Of a DNA stretch of 64,000 bases, positions 25,814-39,149 are shown piece by piece; position 1 is the stretch's first letter, and the number at the start of each line of letters is the position of its first letter. The notes beneath the pieces were generated by a model. That model did not search any database. It saw nothing but the letters and a program-made list of their open reading frames with translations, and was not told where the DNA came from. The translations under genes and the position numbers were made by a program. Origin of the DNA: Lama glama (lineage: Eukaryota); assembly GCA_028534125.1 (NCBI GenBank), contig CM052816.1:70310001-70374000 (forward strand), read 5' to 3'.

Positions 25814-26723
25814 CTCAGAGCTGTTGGAATGCACTTCACCCCAAACCTCACCTGCCCCATATCTGCCTAGCAGAACACTATATTTTTTTTAAGTTCCAGT
25901 TCCAATGATCAAATCCTGTTAATAAGATTATTTTAATCTCTCCTCGATGCCATATTTATGTGTCTCCTATACTATTTATCCTACCTTCTCTCTGTAGAGT
26001 AACCATGTAATTTATCATCCAAACCAGTATCCTTTTGAAAGTGAAAGTATGTGCTAAAAAGAATTAATAGGTGTTAATTAATGTATAACAGGTTTGAAAA
26101 AGTGAGATGTGTCATCAGTCTATTGGAGTTTTTTGGATGTGTACCTGTTTGCTCTCACTATTATGTGAGCTCCAGAAAGGCAAGTATATTGGTCACGATA
26201 GGTCAGGTTTGAGCTTCAATAACAAATGACTCCAAAATGTCAGTGGCTTAATCGGAAAAAAAAAAAAGATGATTCTTTATCATCCTGTATCTCCCACATG
26301 AGGCAATGGGGCCGTGGGGAAATCACATCTATACAGCTACTCAGAATTCCAGCTGGCATAGGCTCTGTTACTGTGGGACTGCACCATCTAGAGTAGCCTT
26401 TTTCACTGTCAAGGAAGGGGAAGAGAAATGAGGAAAGTAATGAGCGTGCTTTTCTGTGCTTTGGCCTTCCTTCCACTCACAGATCATTGGCCACATGGTC
26501 TTGCCTAACTCCAGGGGGGCTATAAATGGTGGATTATCTCTGTTGAAGAAAAGATCCTTGAGGGCTCCATTTTTATATATTTATATCCCCATAGTGCTAA
26601 GCATAGTGGTGGACACACGGAAAACACTCAATAATTAATTCATTCTCTTGAATTTGTTGAGTGGTTTGCCTTGACCAATTTTGCTTCCCTTTTTGCCTAC
26701 TTTAAAAAGAAACCTGACTTTTT

Positions 26724-26857
26724 TTTTAAAAAAATTGAAGTATAGTTGGTTTACAGTGTTGTGTTATTTTCTGGTGTACCGAATAGTGATTCAGCCATGT
26801 ATATAGATAAACACATATTCTTTTTTTCATTACAAGTTATTACAAGGTATTGAATAT
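26724..26857 (-). mobile_element. Very short LINE-1 3' tail insertion
   Basis: 'ttgaagtatagttggtttacagtgttgtg...ttattacaaggtattgaatatag'. TSD agaaacctgacttttt (26708-26723) / agaaatctgacttttt (26858-26873). Confidence 0.85.
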
Positions 26858-29379
26858 AGAAATCTGACTTTTTGAAAGCCAGGTTTATGTCTGGCAAACT
26901 TACCTCTGTATATCAGAAATGAATGTTTTAAAATAAAATTGAAAACAAAGGTAAGGAAAGGGTGGGAATTGGTTCTCACCATGAGATACTACCACTCATA
27001 AACTTATGCAGGCTCCTCTCTTTGCCAAAACATCTGTTTGCTGTTGTGTGGACATGGCCTCTCCAATGTGATCTACATTTAAAAGTATGTTATTACATAT
27101 TGATCTATGACTAAAGGTTACACGTGGAATCTTGTGAAATTTACTGATGCCTTTATCACTGGGAGGTAGAGCATAAAATCCATTCAAGTAACCCTCAAGC
27201 TGAATCTTTGAGATTGCAGGCAAAGAGCTGGAGATAGAAACACATATCTGTTCTTTACAGATGGGCAGAAGTATTTCACGCGGGGGGCCGGACTTCCGGT
27301 GCATCTTACTGTGAGAGGAACTCGTCTATGCCCCTCTGGATGGGACTGGCATGGGAAGTGGAAGGAACTAGGGAAGAAACAATCCTTGATACTGTTGACA
27401 GATTTCTTCCTCTTTTTCCTTCTCTGACCCTTCTTCTTCCTGCTTCTCCTCATGTCTAACCATTTTCTCTCTTTTCTTCCATAGCTCCTCTTCCTCCAGC
27501 TGCCCACTTAATATAGTCCCCAGGGAAGGTTTATCAGCTTGCATGGTTTTGTGTGTCATCTTTTTGCAACAGACCCCATCTATATTTGCAAAAAATAAAG
27601 AAGAATTCCAGTTTCCCAGCGCTCTGTGTCTAGGAGATATCAGCATAAATTTCAGAAGGTGCAAGCCTATTGCTGGTCTTGGCATTATCTTTCAGGGTGG
27701 CTTTGGGGCATATTATTTAACATCTCTGGTTTGCTTTTGTGTAAAATGGAAATAAAACTTGTTCTGCTTACTCTTATATGCCTATAGCATCAGTGAAATG
27801 TGAAAATGGTGAGGATGTACTTTTGTTTAATGTATAGAACTATTAAAAATGTCACTCTTAATACTACCAAGGACAACAAATATAAAGCCATAGCCCTGTC
27901 TACTGTTCTAGGCACTGCAAATTCAACATTTTCAGAAACAAATTCTGTCTCTGCTTCCCATGGGGTTTCCCTTCCCCTTGTCCTCTGCCTCCTGTATTTC
28001 CTCTATTACTTCAGGGCCACTTTTCCCAACTGGGAGCCTTAAGGTCATCTCTAACTCATGTCTCTTCTGAACCTGCAGACTTGCTCCATTCAATCAGTTT
28101 ATACATCTTGTTGATTCTGACTCTAAAATGCCTCTCAAATCCACCCCACCATTCCATTCAGACTGCTGCTAGTCTTCTTCCCTGTTCAGATCCTGATCAT
28201 TTTTCTTCTTCCAGTCTATCGACAATGTGTTACCTCTATTCTAGTTATGGCTTATTATAGGAGAGGATCATTGGATGTTCCTGGGCCCATCCCTTTGACT
28301 GTGCCCAATGCCACCTATGGGATATAAGGTAGACCAGGCATTTCAGTCCTTTCTGGTGTGACCATCTGCCTCAGACCCTGTAGTCATGATATATTTCAGC
28401 CGACAAAAAATATTCCCTTACATAAAATACAGAGGCATATTTTGAGGCCCTGATACAGGGGATTTGATGCATGGTGAACCTGTTGAGGAAAGAAGTGGGC
28501 TGGTACACTCCCTGTAGTGCAACCAACATCTTACTGCAACCAAGGACAACTATGGGATAGCAGCAAAGCTACAAAACTCTACTGGTAGCACTTGGCTTCC
28601 TTATTAATGTCCATGAATTACAGTGGGGGTTTTGGTTACTTAAGTTCAGACAATGGTTTCTTACATCCTATGTTTCAACCCGTGCATCTTTGTGCCCTGA
28701 AATAAGGGTTCATTGCAAAAAAATCTTGTGTTTACTTTTTGAGACCAGAAACGAAGATAAAATAAAAATCAGCCTCAAAACTTTTTAGTGTGTTTGCTGT
28801 TTAATCTGTATATCTCTCGAAAGTCCTTGTCTTTCAATTATTATATAAAAACTTGTGAATCAATTAAAAACAACATCAGGTCTCACACATGCAACCAAAA
28901 GAATTGCTCTTTCTTCTCCATGTGTTTCAAATTAGTTCAGTTTGTTCATCAGTGAGAAATAAAGCAGTAGACTGAATTCCTGGCAGAGGCTAATCTAGGA
29001 GTCTCAAAGTATTGGAAGATTAATACAACGTTAAAACTCAGAGTCAGTAAGATTCCTTTCCTGGGAGTTTCACTTGAGATTTTCTATAGTGGTGTATATT
29101 AGTATTTCTGAAATGCTACTTCTACTTTCAATTTAAGTGAAAGACTTGAAAGGCACTGACCTTTCAAGTATATCTTACTACTAGTGTTGTGCTGAATGTT
29201 TATCTCAAAGTTAAATTTGTCATCTTGAGATTGATTCTGTTTTCTACCAAATCACAAAATGTTAAAAATTAGTTATCACTTCAAAACTTCTTAAATAATG
29301 TTTTCATTTATTTAAAAAAATCTTTCTCTCTTTAATAACAAAAAAGAGTTGATAAAAATTATAGAGATTACATAGTTCG

Positions 29380-29500
29380 GATTCTGTGTCAGTCATTGTT
29401 CTAAGCCTTTTATATATATGAACTCATTTAATAGTCATACTAACTCTATAAGGTAGATACCATTATTATACCCATTTACCTATGAGCAAGTTGAGGCAGC
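29380..29500 (-). mobile_element. MIR SINE fragment
   Basis: 'tgtgtcagtcattgttctaagcc...aactcatttaatagtcatac...ccattattatacccattt'. Confidence 0.7.
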
Positions 29501-29629
29501 ATAAAGAAATGGAAAAGTGATGACTCCCCATATTGTATCTCACTTTGCTTGAACTTGAAACTCCAAAGACCCTCACTCTCACTAATGTAGACTTATTTAT
29601 TCTTGTGTTTATTTAGGAGTTAATGTGAT

Positions 29630-29960
29630 ACAATTCATTCATTCTACAAACATTTTTAAGTACAGACTGTGTACCAGACACTTGGTAGACATGGAGATCC
29701 AAGATAAAGACACAGACCCTGCCACGGGAGAGCTTATAGTCTGGTGAGGAGAAAGGCAAGCCAAAGGACAAGCACATGAGTTAGACCAGAGTAAAAGAGC
29801 CTGTAAATGGGATCCTCAAGCCAGGGATGGGGGTCAGGAAAGAAAGTGAAGTGACTTATGACCTTAGGGTCACCTATGAAAGGACATCTGGTGCAGGGAG
29901 CAGAACACAGACAGTAGAGAGATGGGAAAAGGCATTTGAATAGGTCTGTGTGGCTGGTGT
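29630..29960 (-). mobile_element. L2 LINE 3' fragment
   Basis: 'attcattcattctacaaacatttttaagtac...tgtgtaccagacact...gacacagaccctgcc...gagcttatagtctggtgagg'. Confidence 0.65.
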
Positions 29961-30107
29961 ACAGGGTTTGAGAAAAGAGCTTGGGCTTTGGACTTCAACT
30001 GAACTTGACTTTTCTGCCACTTATGTGCCACTTCTGACCCTCAGTTTCCTCATCTTTGAAATAGGGATAATAGCTACCTCAAAACGTCATGAGGATTGAG
30101 ATAACAT

Positions 30108-30588
30108 ATGTCTATTTGTGTTCTGTGACTGTTGTAAAAAAAGTTACCACAAATTTGCTGTCTTAGAACAACAGAAATTTATTCTCTTATAGTTCCAGAG
30201 GTCAGCAGTCTAACATCACTATCACTGGGCTGAAATCCTGGTGTCAGTAGGGCTGCACTCCCTCTGGAGGTTCTGGAGGGAATCATTTTTGTCTCTTCCA
30301 GCTCTTGGGGCTGCTGGCATTCCTTGGCTTGTGGCTACATCACTCCAATTTCTGCTTCCATGACAACCCTGTCTTCTCGTCTTTGGTATGATCTCCCTCT
30401 GCCTCTCTCTTACGAGGACACTTATGATTGCATTTAGGGTCTACCTGAATAATCCAGGATAGTCTTCCCATCTCAAGATCCTTAACTTAGTTTCATCAGC
30501 AAAGACCCCCATTCCATATAAGGTAACATTTATAGGTTCCAGGGGTTGGGATTGATATCTTTATGGAGCCATTATTCAACCTACTAGG
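30108..30588 (-). mobile_element. MLT1C-type MaLR solo LTR inserted into a + strand MIR (29960-30107, resuming ~30590)
   Basis: 'gttaccacaaatttgctgtcttagaacaacagaaatttattctcttatagttccagagg...ataatccaggatagtcttcccatctcaagatccttaac'. The flanking MIR reads 'ctcagtttcctcatctttgaaatagggataatagctacctc...acata | acatgtaaag'. Confidence 0.85.
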
Positions 30589-31589
30589 ACATGTAAAGAA
30601 TATTGGCAAATCTGAGGTCCCCCATACATGCAAATTCCTACCCTCCCACTATTATGTGTTAGCTGGGCCATCAATGGGCCTTAATCCCAATAGTCAGACT
30701 TTTTACCTGTTAACCTTTCTATTTCTAAGCAAGGGTTAGACAGTTTGGGCTTCCAGATAAGCCTGTCAGTATACAAATAAAAAGAGTACGCAGACGAATT
30801 GCTTTGTGTTAATGCAGGAAAAAATTTTTGTTTATTTTGCTAATGCAGTCTAAACCATTAACAGTATTGTGTTGAGTACCCAGTGGTACATTTCAGAGAG
30901 GACTTCTCTTCCACGTTTCATTTTGCCAGGCATGGCAATAGGCTTTGTGTGCAATTTAGAGTAGTTATATATTGATCTTTTCTTCTCTAAGCATTACTCA
31001 TTCTCCTTTGCCCATCAGCATATGGGAAAAATAATCACTACAGAGGTCAAGTAGCACTTAGGAGCAATTTAAGAGTCATAGCTTTTGGCTATGAACTTTA
31101 AGATATTGCTCAACTTTACAGACTCATCAACCCTTACATTTTTTTTGACGAAGAGACAAATATTTGCATAACTCATCGACCCTAAGTCAAGAGGGAAAAT
31201 CACAAGATAAAATATTCATTGCACTGAAAAAGTGAAAATTGAAATTCACTTACAAAATTACTGTTAATGGAATGATAGGCAATGGGATATCTGAAATGAA
31301 TAATGATGAAAAGAATGTATAATATCAAGGATGTCATCCACTTTAGGTTCAACTGGTTGGCTAACTTGAAATTCTTTTACTTTGGCCACGGGACCTTCTT
31401 CTCACATTAGCACTTCAGAGGTTGTCTGTTTAGTCAGAACTATGCTGTCTAGCACATTGATCTGCCCATGTCCTTGTCCCACTTTGGTGGTCATGCTTAT
31501 TGCTCCCTTTCCCTTTCACTTAGATAACAATAAATGTATCTTGAGTGCCCTCATGTACTGGAGGTGTTAAGCTTGCCTCCAAAGAACTG

Positions 31590-32042
31590 TTATTCTTAAC
31601 CTGAGTTTCCCCTGAAAGCAAAAGCTGAGGCAAGGACTTGACGACAAGTGGTTTATCTGGGCAACTTCAGGAATGAAGCATTGAGAAGTTAAAATAGGAA
31701 CTGAGAGAAGGTCAGTCTGGGAGTCACGATCAAATTGGTTACTGCTGTTGGCAGTTGGGGCTCAGTCCTCTTTTAGACCTGCTGAGAATTCATGTAGACT
31801 ATGCATTGGAATTTTTGGCTCAGGAGACAATAAAGGGGAATATTTATCTATTGGTTCCTGTCCCCTGTTGGTGAAGGAACCTTGCACTTCCAGGTTTGCC
31901 TCAGGATGGCTGCGTGGGTCCCTGCAGCCGGGATCCAGCATGATGGTGGCAGAGAGGCCTCAGGGCCGAAAGTTAGTCCATTTAGATGAGATGGATGAGG
32001 TGTGCCAGGTAATACTGGCCATAGCTGATGGCTGCACCAGTG
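31590..32042 (-). mobile_element. LTR33-like ERVL LTR
   Basis: 'tcttaacctgagtttcccctgaaagcaaaagctgaggcaaggacttg...gtggtttatctggg...ggttactgctgttggcagttggggctcagtcc'. Confidence 0.6.
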
Positions 32043-32317
32043 CCTGATCTGAAAATATAGGACATGAGAACATAAAGCTAGGCACAGTACCCAACCCCCA
32101 CATGGAAAGCTAAGAGTACAAAGTATGAACAGTAATTTATGACAGCTAGGGACACAGTAGCACAGGCTGTACAGAAGTTATTGCCAAAGGAGTGATAGAG
32201 ACAGTAAGTAGGTTTGGGAGTTCATTGTGGAATCCTTTAGGACTGTATGTTCAGAAGTTTAACTGGAAAGAGTGGGTTTCAGTGTAGGACTTGAGGGAGG
32301 GGTAATTAGTGGATGCC

Positions 32318-32812
32318 AGTTGTGTTTGCTACTCTGCATCCATTTGCCCTTCTTCTGGTAAACCAACCAGAATCTCTCTAAACAATGACTCTCTTCCCCT
32401 CAGCCCAGGAGCTTCAGTTTCCTCCACTCAGGGGTGGATCATGTGACAGGAGCTTATGGTGGCTGGAGCCTATGGGCTTCTGGAGCCTATGGGCTTCCGG
32501 CCCCTGGGATTGGCCTGTGACCCAGTGAGAGCTGTTACAATGGAATGAGACTTTTGCACAAATTACAGGGCAAGAGATTGTTAGATTGTAAGCAAAAAGG
32601 ATGCAAAGTGTAGACTTGCTGAAGTCGTCCTACTTCTTCGAGGTGTAAGTTGAAAAACGGAGAGAGAGAAACTAAGACATAGAGACGATATTTGAGTCCC
32701 GGCATTAAGCACTACTTGAAGCCAGAAGTTCCTCTGGACTTTTCAAATCTATGAACCAACAGTTTCCCTTTAAGCCACTCTCAGAGGGGTTTTCAGTTGC
32801 CTCCAATAACAA
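32318..32812 (+). mobile_element. Old MLT1-type LTR containing a 17-bp tandem duplication (ctggagcctatgggctt x2, 32463-32496)
   Basis: 'gcatccatttgcccttcttctggtaa'...'ctctggacttttcaaatctatgaaccaacagtttcccttt aagcc'. The duplication is directly visible. Confidence 0.55.
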
Positions 32813-33219
32813 AAACAACAGATCTTATAACTTAGGTAATTTATATCTTCTCTGTAGTTTGTTTACTTTTTCTTACTTTACTCATAATAATGCCAGTGTT
32901 TCCTTCCTTAATTGTTTCACTTGAGAATGAATGAAGAGAGAATGACTGTCATCGCAAAGCATCGAAATAGGGTAGAGGTAGTAAAGCATGACCTGGAAGT
33001 TTGAGTGTGTAAATACAGTAGGTAGGTCTATGTGTTTGTCATACTTGTGAATTATCTTGTAGCTTTATCATTAAATGTCAAGTACTGTGAGACTATACTA
33101 CCTTGTTCCAGATGCACTGACCTCATAAATTAGCTGTTGGCTTTATATGAAACCTCTGTGAAGGTTACAGTATCGACCAAAAGTCTAAACCAGATGATAT
33201 CTGAATGACCTACAGTTCC

Positions 33220-33312
33220 AAATGGGACACAAGAAAAGTGAAGATGAATTTGCGGAAAAGAAAATTTAGCCTGGATGCCAGGAAAATCTTCTAGACAATG
33301 AGATGGTTTCTT
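33220..33312 (+). mobile_element. CR1/L3 3' fragment
   Basis: 'aaaatttagcctggatgccaggaaaatcttctagacaatgagatggtt' resembles the CR1/L3 ORF2 end (FRLD.RKNF.T.R). Confidence 0.45.
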
Positions 33313-34105
33313 ATTTATTTATCATATTTATTGGATTTGCTCATCACTTATTATGTTGTAGGCACAGCTGTGCATCAGAAATCTAAAAGGTTGAACAGCC
33401 GCATCTGACATTATAGCTCACAATCTAAAGTACATATAAAAAGTAAATTCAGGTTGCAAACAGCATTTCAAATAAAGCCAAGCAGAGCCAGAGGCTCAGG
33501 AAGGAAATTGGCAATGACAATGCTGATTTAGGATGCTGGGTGGAAGGCAGCCCCAACAGCCTCAGCTTTGCTGTAATTTCAGATTCTTAACATGAATGGA
33601 AATGCAGCTACTTTTTTATGCAGACATTATTGTTTCGTCAGAGTTGTCTAAACACTTAGTAAGCCATGACCAGTCTACACAATTCTGGCCTTTGGCCTCT
33701 ATACCAAACAGACTTTGCACTTAATATGTTATAAGTGATTGAAACCACATGAGCAGCCTTTTATGCTGATCACACTTATAGCCTCTGTCTTATGGAAAAC
33801 ACATACTGGATGGTCATTATTTTTGCTCAAGGTCGTATTAGAAACAGAAATATTACATGTAAATATCTGCAGAGTAGAAGTTAAATTAGAAGATTGGGGC
33901 TGTTATCTTGGATCTACAACCTCTGGTTTGAAAGTTTAAGCTGTCTAAATCAATCTTTATCCATGTTTTCTTTACCTATCAGGTCTTTGCACATGCTTAG
34001 AGTTTAATACATATTTCTTGAATAAATTAATGATACAAAATGTGAACCTTTTTTCGGTAGTAGAATTGGTATTATGTTCAAGCCTTGAGTAACACACAGC
34101 ATTTT

Positions 34106-35606
34106 TAAAATTGAAGTGTAGTTGATGTACAATATTATATGTTATAGCTGTACAATATGGTGATTCACAATTTTAAACATTATGCTCCATTTTATTATAC
34201 AATATTGACTATATTCCCTATGTTGTACATGTTCTTATAGCTTTATTTTATACATAATAGTTTGTACCTCTTAATCCTCTATTCTTTATGGCCCCTTTCC
34301 TTTTTCTCTCCCCACTGATACCTACTAATTTGTTCTCTTTATCTGTGATTCTGTTTCTTTTTTATTATATTCACTAGTTTGTTGTATTTTTTAGATTCCA
34401 CATGTAAGTGATATCATACAGTACTTGTCTTTCTCTGCCTGACTTATTTCACTTAGCATAATACCCTCCAAGTCCATCCATGTTGCTGAAAATGGCAAGA
34501 TTTCATTCTTTTTCATGGCTGAGTAACATTCCATATATATATACACACACATATAAATATATGTATATATATATATCACTTTTTCTTTATTCATTCATCC
34601 ATTGATGGATACTTCGGTTGCTTCTATACCTTGGCAACTGTAAATGATGTTGCTATGAATAATAGAGTGCATGTATTTTTTTTCGAATTAGTGGTTTTGT
34701 GTCTTTCAGGTATATCCCCAGGAGTGGAGTTGCTGAGTCACATGATAGTTCTGTTTTTAGCTTTTTGAGAATCCCCCATACTGTTTTCCATAGTGGCTGT
34801 GTCAATTTACATTCCCACCAACTGTGTACAAAGGTTCCGTTCTCTCCACATCCTCACTAACATTTGTTGTGTTCTTTTTGATGACAGCCATTCTGACAGG
34901 TATGAGGTGATATGCCATTGTGTTTTTGATTTGCATTTCCCTAATGATTAGCGATGTTAAGCGCCTTTTCATGTGCCTGTTAGCCATCTGTATGTCCTCT
35001 TTGGAGAGATGTCTGTTCAGATCTTCTGCCCATTTTTAAAATCATGGGATTTTAAATCATGCCCATTTAAAAAAATGAGGAGGTGGCTTTGTTTGTTTTT
35101 TTGATGTTGAATTCTATGAGTTCTTTGTATATTTTTAATATTAACTCCTTGTTGAACATATTGTTTGCAAATATCTTCTCCCATTCTGTAGGTTGTCTTT
35201 TTAGTTTTCAGTGGTTTTCTTTGCTGTGCAAAAGCTTTTAACTACGACCCATTTGTTTATTTTTGCTTTTATTTCCTTTGCTTAAGAAGACAGATCCAAA
35301 AAAAGTATTGCTACAATTTAGGTCAAAGAGTGTTCTGCCTATGTTTTCCCCCAAAAGTTTTATGGCTTCTGGTCCTACATTTAGGTCTTTAATCCATTTT
35401 GAATTAATTTTTGTATATGATCTTAGAGGATGTTCTAATTTCATTCTTTTACATGTAGCTGTCCAGTTTTCCCAGCACCATTTACTGAAGAGACTGTTTT
35501 TCTCCATTGTTTACTCTTGCCTCCTTTGTCATAGATTAATTGACCATAAGTGTATGGGCTTATTTCTGGACTCTCTGTTCTGTTCCATTGATCTGTGTGT
35601 CTCTTT
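34106..35606 (-). mobile_element. 5'-truncated LINE-1 (1.5 kb)
   Basis: Minus-strand ORFs give ORF2 peptides ([20 protein letters not shown]..., [47 protein letters not shown]). Degenerate TSD taacacacagcatttt (34090-34105) / taacaaacaacatttt (35607-35622). Confidence 0.95.
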
Positions 35607-38600
35607 TAACAAACAACATTTTGTTTCTGTTTTATCTTAAAATCAGATGACAAAGAAGCTATTTTAGAGACAATATTTTTAATCCTTAAATCTGATACAG
35701 TGTCATCTAATATATCTCCAACTATTTCAATATGAAACAAGAAAGTCCTAAAAATGATTTCTGAAACAGAGTAAAATTTTATTTTTAAAAAAGAAATGCT
35801 ATGCAATACTTGGGATAAAAGTGAGAAGATGGTCACGAAATCAAATTGCATGCCTCCCTCTAAGAGAGCAAAGACTCATTACCCTGAGCTAATGAGGAGG
35901 TGGCTTGGTTAAACAAAAATATTTGGGTTTATTTTGGCTTGATTTAGGTTCTCAGAAATACCATGTTAACATGGGAATCATTTTGAACATGATTTGGGTA
36001 TTTAAAATTGCTCACTGAATGACTATAATCCCTTCTGATGGGAGATTTCACTACATCTGAGACAAGCTTGATTTTGTTAAATTTCTAAGTCCCATGTTTG
36101 GCCACATTAACCTGAGAGCATGATTAGAGTTAGGAAAGCAACTCTGTGAAAGATGTCACCTTCCTACTGAACCATATCTGCAGCTCCCCATGTGTCTCTG
36201 GATCACATCTGTTTACTGACAGTGGTCCAACCAATGTCCTCATTCACTCACACGCAACGGCAGTGAGGGTTGCGTGCATGTTCTGATAGTACATATTGAC
36301 CCCAAACGCAAGTTGTTCTACTGTTAGCCTTGAAGTCCATACAAAAGTGACCTGGATTCTATCTACTCAGCTCTGTACATCATCAAAATAATGCCCATCC
36401 AAATCCTTACCCCTGAAGCTTTACCTTCCTGGTAGTAGAAAAAACAAATACTGAACTACACTTTGATTTTCAAATCTCAAGGAGGGCTATTTTAAACTGG
36501 CTGAAATAATACTGTTTATCTTTCTAGCAAATTAAGCAATGTTGCTAGAAATATAAAATTTACTGGTTAAAATTAAAAATATTTCTTTCTTCAAAAATTT
36601 TAAAGGTGCATATCTCCATACTTTTCCCCTACCAGCCCTTGACACCCACAAATAGAGTCAATTTTTTTTTTTAAAAAAGAGAGGAGTTTTGGAGTGAAAA
36701 AAAATGAGTATGAGATATTGCCCCAGATAATCTCCACATATTTTATAGAAAAAGGATGTAGGAGTGTTGGAATGATGAAATAGAATCCTAGCCTTATCTT
36801 CAAATAAATAAGTGTTTTTCTTTATGATAGCTAAAAATAAGATTATGCCTTTTCTTTTTAAGACTGGCACAGATTTTCTCTTCTTTGGTAACTTTTTCAA
36901 GTTTTAAAAGTTAGCCTTTCAAAAAGAACCAAGGCATGACTATGTAACTTTATTTTTACTTCTATAACTTCACTTGCAGAGCAGCAGTGGCTACACAGTG
37001 ATTAACATTGCAGCGACCCAGTTTGAGCCAAATTTGTTCTTTTTGCTTATGAGGAAGAGAAGTCTGCAAATCACCACAGACTCATGAGCAGAAAGTATAA
37101 GTAGGAGTCTAATAACAGCTTGTGACAGTAATCAGGGATACCAGGCACACACCAGTCTTTGCAAATACTTTTATTCTTATGGGAAGTAGAGTAGACAAAA
37201 GCGTCTTTTTCACCACAGTGTTTCTAAGGTAGATATAATATGCTGCATGAGTAAATACACAGAAGAATAAATTCAGGACTTTAGTTTTATTAGATGATTG
37301 ACAAATTTTACTTTTTTGTTTATATATGGATTTTTTTCAAAAATTGTGAATTTCTTAAGGTAAGGCTAGGTACCGTGTTGACTAACCATTTAGTGTGCAG
37401 ATTACTAGTTAAGGAATTACAACTCATTTGTGTATTCAGTGTATATTTATGAAGTACCTATTATGTGCCAGGTGCTATGTTAAGTGATGTGTATAGAGTA
37501 TTGAATGAGGGGGATGAGGAAAAGGAAATCCCTACCCAGGCAGTGAAGTTGTAATCTGATTTATAAATTTGGAAGAAAGACTCCGATGTATATGTCTCAG
37601 TGCCGTCTTCTCTTTGGGGCAGCCTACTGGCAGAGAGCATGTTTTATGATCTACTTTTTGCCATGAGTTAATAGGGATTTTCACCTAGAGGAGGGGGCCT
37701 GAAGTTACCCACCTAATGACTAGGTAAGTGAAGTTCCTAATTCAGGGACGAAGTTTTAGCCTGCCCACTTGGTCTTATGCTTAATATTTGTTTCCCTCAA
37801 ATATTCTCATCATTAATAAAGTTAACACTTTATCTGCATGACTCCTAAATCTCTCTCTCTCACTTAGTTCTAAACTTGAGTGGGTAAGAGAAAGGCAGTA
37901 ATATAAAACACCAAGATAGACATACCTCTGACATTAATAGTAGGATGACCTATGGCAAATTACTTAACCTTGGAGTTTCTTTATCTGTAAAATAAGACTA
38001 GGAAGCAATTTTGCATCTCCCTGTTTGTTCAGATATTCTGTGATTCTATGATTGTTTCTAGAAGAAATTGCTTAGAAAATTGATAGATTGAAATTATTTT
38101 TTATTATTAAGAGCTAGAAAATTTCTAGCTTTAGAATTTGTTACCAATTATGCAATGCAATACCTACCAACTTTCTTTCACGTATGAAGCATTACAGATA
38201 TACTTGATTTTTGTTGCATTGCTGCTAATGTGCCCTATAAACACAGGAATTCTGATAAATTTTTGTTTTGTATAATTTCCATCGAAAAATTTTTTAAAGT
38301 ATGGTGCATTTATCATTGTATTCACTGTATTATTTAATGTATTCCTGAAGAAAAGAACTTCCCTTTCGACAAAGCATCAGTGAAAACCAAATCTTCTCCT
38401 TCCAGTTTACATATATCATGATTAGAAGAATTTTCCACAGACTAGCTTCTGGGTTATCCTCCATTGTCCAAATACTTCCAGCTGCCAGTGGAAGTATGTG
38501 AAATTTACCTTCCCATGAATGGTACACACAAAATGACTATGAACTTCATAAATATATACCACTAAACGCAAACTACATATATCCCCAATTTGAGTTCCCC

Positions 38601-38664
38601 TTAGCTAGATCTCAGTTATGCCCAGGACTACTCCATGTAACCCAAGGGTTCATGTGACAGAGGG

Positions 38665-39046
38665 TGTCATAGACTGAATTGTGCCACTCCAAAATTTATT
38701 TATTGAAGCCCTAACCCCCAATGTGATTGTATTTGAAAATAAGGCCAAATATGAGGTAATTAAGATTAAGTGAGGTCATAAGGATAGGGCCCTAATCTGA
38801 TAGGACTGATGTCCTAATAATAAGAAAAGACACGAGGGATGTTTGTGCACACGCAAAGGAAAGACTGTGAAGACATAATGAGAAGGTGCCCATCTGCCAG
38901 TCAGGAAGAGAGGACTCAGGAGAAACCAAACTTGCCAACACCTTGATGTTGGGTTTCTAGCTTCCTGACTGTGAGAAAATAAATTTTGTTGTTTAAGCCA
39001 CCCAGTCAGTGGTATTTTGTCATAGCAGCCCTAGCAGACTAAGATA
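38665..39046 (+). mobile_element. MLT1B-type MaLR solo LTR
   Basis: Full-length 'tgtcatagactgaattgtg...gaagccctaacccccaatgtg...gcagccctagcagactaagata' with 5-bp TSD gaggg (38660-38664 / 39047-39051). Confidence 0.9.
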
Positions 39047-39149
39047 GAGGGGAAAATAAAGTGGAAAGAGTCACTTTTGATTAAAATGTCTTAATTCTGC
39101 AACTTTTACAAAACATATGTGAGTGAAGGTTGTACTTCTACTTAGGCTA

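Noticed and set aside
36251..36276. 8-bp inverted repeat cacgcaac / gttgcgtg
   Set aside because: Short enough to occur by chance in 64 kb.
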